Positions 44,447-47,644 of a stretch of 47,644 bases of DNA are shown here, piece after piece. The notes under the pieces are model-generated. The model saw only the letters and a program-made list of their open reading frames with translations. It did no database searches and had not been told where the DNA came from. The DNA is from a virus. The stretch lies in the IMG/VR virus record IMGVR_UViG_3300029845_000021; one strand, 5' to 3'. Both the position numbers and the translations under genes were made by a program. Every line of letters starts with the position of its first letter. Positions within the stretch are counted from its first letter, which is position 1.

Positions 44447-44636
44447 CTTTACAAATCCTTTTAAGTTCTTCCAAATCCTTACGTTTCGGTTCTTCTGCGT
44501 TCTTGGTCGCATCAATCAAAGGCATATTGTTTGTTGTTGTCGTCCATCTTTTACCCGTTGCCGGGGACGTGTAAGTTACTTTGTAATATCCGTGTCCGGC
44601 AATCTCAAAATCAAAATCGTAAATCGTTGTTTTCAT
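44430..44636 (-). CDS. Small hypothetical protein (68 aa), first gene of the DNA-metabolism operon
   Basis: ATG start preceded by the conserved leader hairpin. Confidence 0.55.
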   Translation of the reverse strand: MKTTIYDFDFEIAGHGYYKVTYTSPATGKRWTTTTNNMPLIDATKNAEEPKRKDLEELKRICKDGKVC

Positions 44637-44654
44637 AATAAAATGTTTACTTTC

Positions 44655-44670
44655 CGGGAACCCGCCCGGT
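44655..44670 (-). promoter_or_regulatory. Conserved 5'-UTR hairpin, copy 2 (CCGGG-CGGGUU-CCCGG on the transcript)
   Basis: Same loop and flanks as 5527..5542, with a compensatory change in the stem. It lies 18 nt upstream of the ATG at 44636. Confidence 0.4.
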
Positions 44671-44846
44671 CGGTGTTTGTCATACTTTGAAAGATTTTGG
44701 CTTTATAGCTTCATTTAATCGGTTACCGAACCATCATTTAACCCTTTGTAGATACCGTTGCTTACTTTCTACTCTTACGAACTTAATCTTTCAACAGTCT
44801 TTTTGCATTTTGGTTAGACTGTGGGGTCTTTCGTTGTTTGACACTG

Positions 44847-44877
44847 CAAATATACGCATAACATTTTAACTACCAAA
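44847..44877 (-). promoter_or_regulatory. Bacteroidota-type promoter (-33 TTTG / -7 TAtaTTTG, 19-nt spacer)
   Basis: Minus strand has TTTG at 44877-44874 and TATATTTG at 44854-44847. The flanks TACCAAAA and TGTCAAACAACGA are shared with the promoter at 5562..5592. Confidence 0.6.
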
Positions 44878-44894
44878 ATTTTTTCTTTTTATTT

Positions 44895-44934
44895 AAAAAA
44901 AAAACAATAAACCCGGAACGTTATACATTCCGGG
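44895..44934 (-). terminator. Intrinsic terminator ending the replication unit
   Basis: Minus strand reads CCCGGAA-(9 nt)-TTCCGGG followed by TTTATTGTTTTTTTTTT. Confidence 0.7.
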
Positions 44935-44940
44935 CATAAA

Positions 44941-45162
44941 TCAAAACAGCCTCATTTGTTTATCTGTTATTTTAGCAACAATTGCATCAACTTCACCTTC
45001 TAAACGTTTACACGTTTCCAATATTTCCGGTCTGCGTTGGGCAAAATATCTGCGTTGGTTATGTCGCATTTGTCGAATTAACTCGGCGAACTCTTCCAAC
45101 GTTATTTTTCCCGGATTTTCGATTTGCGGGGCTTTTTCTTCTTCCATGTATATTTTATCCAT
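44941..45162 (-). CDS. Hypothetical protein (73 aa); carries the second copy of the 19-bp repeat
   Basis: ATG-initiated ORF followed by a terminator. Confidence 0.55.
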   Translation of the reverse strand: MDKIYMEEEKAPQIENPGKITLEEFAELIRQMRHNQRRYFAQRRPEILETCKRLEGEVDAIVAKITDKQMRLF

Positions 45163-45188
45163 TTTGGAATTAAAATCGCTCTACGTGG

Positions 45189-45755
45189 CTAAAACAAACG
45201 TTCGTGCATATTGCTTGGTAAATTCTGACGCACCCAACCGGGGTTGTTGCGCAAAATGTATCGTCCAAAGTGCATTATCAACGTGGCGTCGGCGTTCCAC
45301 AATGTCGGTTTCAATTCCGGGTACAAATTCCCGGCAATCTCTTTGTATCTGCGTTTTCGCTCGCTCTTTTCCTCCTTTTTCCGGCTTATCTTTGCCCGCA
45401 ACTTCAATTCGTTTTGCCATTTCATAGGATGCGCCATAACAAACGGAATGTCGCAAACTGAAATGATTGCTTTCAACTGCTCAAAGTTTGCCATCATCTT
45501 TTGTATTCGGTACAACTTTCCCATATTGACGCCATCGGCACCCGGCGTTATATCATCCGGGCGCACACTTAGTTTTTCAAGAAAAACAATTGGCGAACAT
45601 ATTGTTTTCAAATGATTCAAATAATCTCTTATGTCGTTTATATCCTCCGGCATTTTTATGGCGGTTATATTGTGGTTTGGTCGCCATGTTACAATACCGC
45701 CATTGCTTCCCGGGTCAATTCCCACTACTGCTGAAATTCTTATATTTTTTCCCAT
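45189..45755 (-). CDS. RuvC-like Holliday junction resolvase (start moved to the ATG at 45755)
   Basis: VVGIDPGSNGGIV (first Asp), VFLEK (Glu) and NADATLIMHFG (C-terminal Asp) fit an RNase H-fold resolvase pattern. The track start is TTG. Confidence 0.7.
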   Translation of the reverse strand: MGKNIRISAVVGIDPGSNGGIVTWRPNHNITAIKMPEDINDIRDYLNHLKTICSPIVFLEKLSVRPDDITPGADGVNMGKLYRIQKMMANFEQLKAIISVCDIPFVMAHPMKWQNELKLRAKISRKKEEKSERKRRYKEIAGNLYPELKPTLWNADATLIMHFGRYILRNNPGWVRQNLPSNMHERLF

Positions 45756-45827
45756 ATATAACCTCCCGCTTTTGTAAAATAACCTATTACGCCAATTATA
45801 AAGCAAACAATAAATAATTTCATTTTT

Positions 45828-46085
45828 TTACAATCCTAATTGCAAAACTAACATTCCAAATCTCAAAGAATCTGATATTGTAGCTTGTTTTATATAATCA
45901 TCCTTAACAGATATAATTTTTTCAGACAAACATCTGTAATCCTCACATTTAGTTAAATCCATACCACAAACAAACATATTCCACGCCTGCATATCCATTT
46001 CATTTTTTAGTATAATTTGGCACGCTTCCTTATTGTTTCCGGTGTTTAATGCTTTCGCCAATTTTACTTTTTCTTCCCATTCCAT
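45828..46085 (-). CDS. Hypothetical protein (85 aa from the ATG at 46085), AT-rich
   Basis: MEWEEKVKLAKALNTGNNKEACQ... The track start is TTG and overlaps the upstream gene. Confidence 0.5.
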   Translation of the reverse strand: MEWEEKVKLAKALNTGNNKEACQIILKNEMDMQAWNMFVCGMDLTKCEDYRCLSEKIISVKDDYIKQATISDSLRFGMLVLQLGL

Positions 46086-46089
46086 AATT

Positions 46090-47025
46090 TCATATAAAAA
46101 ATAAATAGTTATCAATCTGTATTTCCTCCGCAATCATACGGTCAAAAGCCCGTATTATTTCCTTTTTCCGGGCAACCTCATACGCCGTAAAATCAATTTC
46201 CGGGATGTCAATTCCTTTTCTCCGGACGTTGAACGCCGTATATTGGTTTACCATTCCAATTGCCGCACGGTGCATATATTTTGCAAATGCTTGTTTTCTG
46301 TCGTCCTCGGTTGCCTCCACTTCGTCAGCAAATCCAAATTTCAACAACCAATCATACAAAAACATTTCGTCGCCAAATTCAAATGATATTTTCCCGGTGT
46401 ATTTGTATTGCAAAAAAACAATTCTGTTTCTTGCTTCCCTGCGGTTGTGGTAATATCTCTTTTGCTCCGGCGTCATTTCTCTTTTAGGTTCCGGCAACGC
46501 TTTATATGCTTTCCCAATTACTTCATTTTGTTTTTTCCGATACGCTCCCAATATCTTTGCAAAGTAATCGGCGTTGAACTGTTGATAATGGTTTTTGTCC
46601 GGATTCCCTTGTTTATCTTTCGGCAAATATTCGTCTAACTCTCCGGTCGTCGCCAACTCAAAAGCTATCTTAATATCAGCCAACGTCATATCTGAGTAAT
46701 AACGTTTCAGAATATCCAACAACCGGGATTGTATATAATTCCAATCATTTTCATTCTGTGGTATTATATAACCAACGTCTATTGCTATACGCTTAAACAG
46801 TAACGAAAGATTTTCAACTAATTTTGCATCGTCAATTTCCGCAATTGGTGTTTTTGTTGACGCTGCGAAAACATATTTTTCAACTGGGTTTAATGCTTTG
46901 GCAACCTCCGGCAATTGCACCATTCTACGGCGTACTTCAATGGCTTTTGTTCCGGGCTTGGTATTATATATTTCTAACGCCGTATTTTCTTTTTTTTCAA
47001 TTGCTCCCATATCAATCAAAATCAT
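46090..47025 (-). CDS. Hypothetical replication-module protein (311 aa) in the position of lambda P (helicase-loader analogue is speculation)
   Basis: Immediately downstream of the initiator gene. Alternative ATG at 47010. No NTPase motif was seen. Confidence 0.55.
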   Translation of the reverse strand: MILIDMGAIEKKENTALEIYNTKPGTKAIEVRRRMVQLPEVAKALNPVEKYVFAASTKTPIAEIDDAKLVENLSLLFKRIAIDVGYIIPQNENDWNYIQSRLLDILKRYYSDMTLADIKIAFELATTGELDEYLPKDKQGNPDKNHYQQFNADYFAKILGAYRKKQNEVIGKAYKALPEPKREMTPEQKRYYHNRREARNRIVFLQYKYTGKISFEFGDEMFLYDWLLKFGFADEVEATEDDRKQAFAKYMHRAAIGMVNQYTAFNVRRKGIDIPEIDFTAYEVARKKEIIRAFDRMIAEEIQIDNYLFFI

Positions 47026-47644
47026 TGTTTAAATACTTCATCATATCCGCAATTTCTTTGCTGCTTTGCTGCTCTGTCTTTACGGAACGTTTCATTTTTT
47101 CCCATTTTTCGTATTTTTCGGGGGTTGAATCATATTCTAACGCCGCCCAACCTTTTGAAATGCTTTCTTTTATCAGAATCAGCGCAAATTCTTCCGGGTA
47201 TTTACTCAAACCATTTAAGTTTGCTTGTATCGCTGAAAAACTCTTTTGCGACGTTCTCCATTTCGGTTGACACATCAAAATATAAAAGTTCCGTTTAAAT
47301 TCATCGCTATCAAATGGGAATACAAGTTTTGCAAAGCAATTATCAACTTTATCAATTACTTGTTTTCTGACGTCCAACAATTCCGGGGTAAACCCATAAA
47401 CAATACTTGCTTTAACTGTTTTTTCTTCGTTTGAAAAATCGGCTTGTGAAAATCCGTCCGGATTTTCTTTAGATGCTTTAGCATCTTTCTTTATAGTGTT
47501 ATTTATATTATTATTTATATTATTATTTATATTATTATTTATATTATTTATATATGGCGGATTTTTTTCCGCTTCAACGGGATTTTTTTCCGCTTCAACG
47601 GGATTTTTTTCCGCTTCAACGGGATTTTTTTCCGCTTCAACGGG
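47012..47644 (-). CDS. Replication initiator, C-terminal part (continues from 1..435 across the junction; 47549..47644 duplicates 1..96)
   Basis: The frame upstream of the track ORF (47012..47380) stays open through the AT tract and the iterons: ...PVEAEKNPPYINNINNNINNNINNNINNTIKKDAKASKENPDGFSQADF... The C-terminal domain is DnaD/replisome-organizer-like (KWRTSQKSFSAIQANLNGLSKYPEEFALILIKESISKGWAAL). Confidence 0.7.
   Translation of the reverse strand, partial: PVEAEKNPVEAEKNPVEAEKNPVEAEKNPPYINNINNNINNNINNNINNTIKKDAKASKENPDGFSQADFSNEEKTVKASIVYGFTPELLDVRKQVIDKVDNCFAKLVFPFDSDEFKRNFYILMCQPKWRTSQKSFSAIQANLNGLSKYPEEFALILIKESISKGWAALEYDSTPEKYEKWEKMKRSVKTEQQSSKEIADMMKYLNNDFD
47448..47467. repeat. 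Perfect inverted repeat GAAAATCCG-tc-CGGATTTTC next to the AT-rich tract
   Basis: 9-bp arms read directly from the sequence. The arm equals the first 9 nt of the 19-bp repeat at 39874 and 45112. Confidence 0.85.
47499..47556. repeat. 58-bp tract containing no G or C, built from 12-bp units TTATTATTTATA (3 perfect units plus partial flanks)
   Basis: Perfect units at 47508-47519, 47520-47531 and 47532-47543. The tract directly abuts the iteron array. Confidence 0.9.
47561..47644. repeat. Four 21-bp iteron units at the window end (the same DNA as 13..96)
   Basis: Units at 47561, 47582, 47603 and 47624 are identical to the units at the window start. Confidence 0.9.

Noticed and set aside
45181-45456. 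91-aa minus-strand ORF overlapping the RuvC-like gene, and the TTG-extended long forms of several track ORFs (3336, 28965, 38443, 39060, 42076, 44515, 45806, 46133)
   Set aside because: The 91-aa ORF lies in an alternative frame entirely inside a motif-supported gene. The extended forms start at TTG and overlap upstream genes, whereas internal ATG starts remove the overlaps.
1-47644. All plus-strand ORFs in the track (for example 1609..2292, 6005..6523, 16694..17362, 19877..20530, 36439..36993, 42638..43267, 46824..47270)
   Set aside because: Each lies antisense to a well-supported minus-strand gene. They have odd F/S/C/L-rich composition, and many start at non-ATG codons. They have no promoter or packing logic. 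I treat them as shadow ORFs.
1-47644. tRNA genes, integrase or lysogeny module, reverse transcriptase/DGR, toxin-antitoxin pairs
   Set aside because: Inspection of the intergenic regions showed no cloverleaf-like sequence with a T-loop consensus (GGTTCGAATCC). No ORF showed tyrosine/serine recombinase or RT motifs. This absence was judged by eye only and should be confirmed with tRNAscan-SE and profile searches.

Overview
The window is a complete, circularly closed or terminally redundant phage genome. Positions 1..96 are identical to 47549..47644, giving a unit length of 47,548 bp. Every credible gene is on the minus strand. The plus-strand ORFs in the track look like shadow ORFs. Start codons lack Shine-Dalgarno sequences, and four sites match the Bacteroidota promoter consensus TTTG-N19-TAnnTTTG, so a Bacteroides-type host is likely (inference; no search was possible). 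No integrase was recognised.

Gene order in the direction of transcription (descending coordinates):
- Early units driven by host-type promoters at ~5.59 kb, ~4.57 kb and ~0.57 kb. They encode a small protein, a transglutaminase-like protein, an HNH homing endonuclease, an XRE HTH regulator, a PD-(D/E)XK nuclease with a partner protein, and a secreted moron protein.
- A replication unit that wraps the junction. It encodes the initiator with embedded iterons, a protein in the lambda-P position, and a RuvC-like resolvase.
- A ~10-kb DNA-metabolism operon from the promoter at ~44.86 kb. It encodes an SMC-like ATPase, a DEDDh exonuclease, an HNH nuclease, SSB, an ASCH protein and a MazG fusion.
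- A ~29-kb late block. It encodes a ParB-methyltransferase, TerS, TerL, portal, scaffold, major capsid protein, connector proteins, a second homing endonuclease, the tape measure protein, tail and fibre proteins, a holin-like protein, an amidase and a spanin-like protein.

Most notable observations:
1. A lambda-ori-like origin lies inside the initiator reading frame: 5 x 21-bp iterons, a 58-bp pure A/T tract and a palindrome.
2. TerL carries a 326-aa intein with a LAGLIDADG endonuclease inserted in its P-loop. The intein has no N-terminal nucleophile and shows the Trp/Cys/Thr signature of class 3 inteins.
3. A tail-fibre gene with a C-terminal SGNH esterase drops to roughly 25-30% GC after a normal-GC N-terminal anchor.
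4. A duplicated promoter plus 5'-UTR hairpin module shows a compensatory base-pair change between its two copies.
5. A 19-bp exact repeat is shared by two unrelated genes, and its first 9 nt equal the arm of the palindrome next to the origin.

All functional calls come from reading motifs by eye. None was checked against a database.
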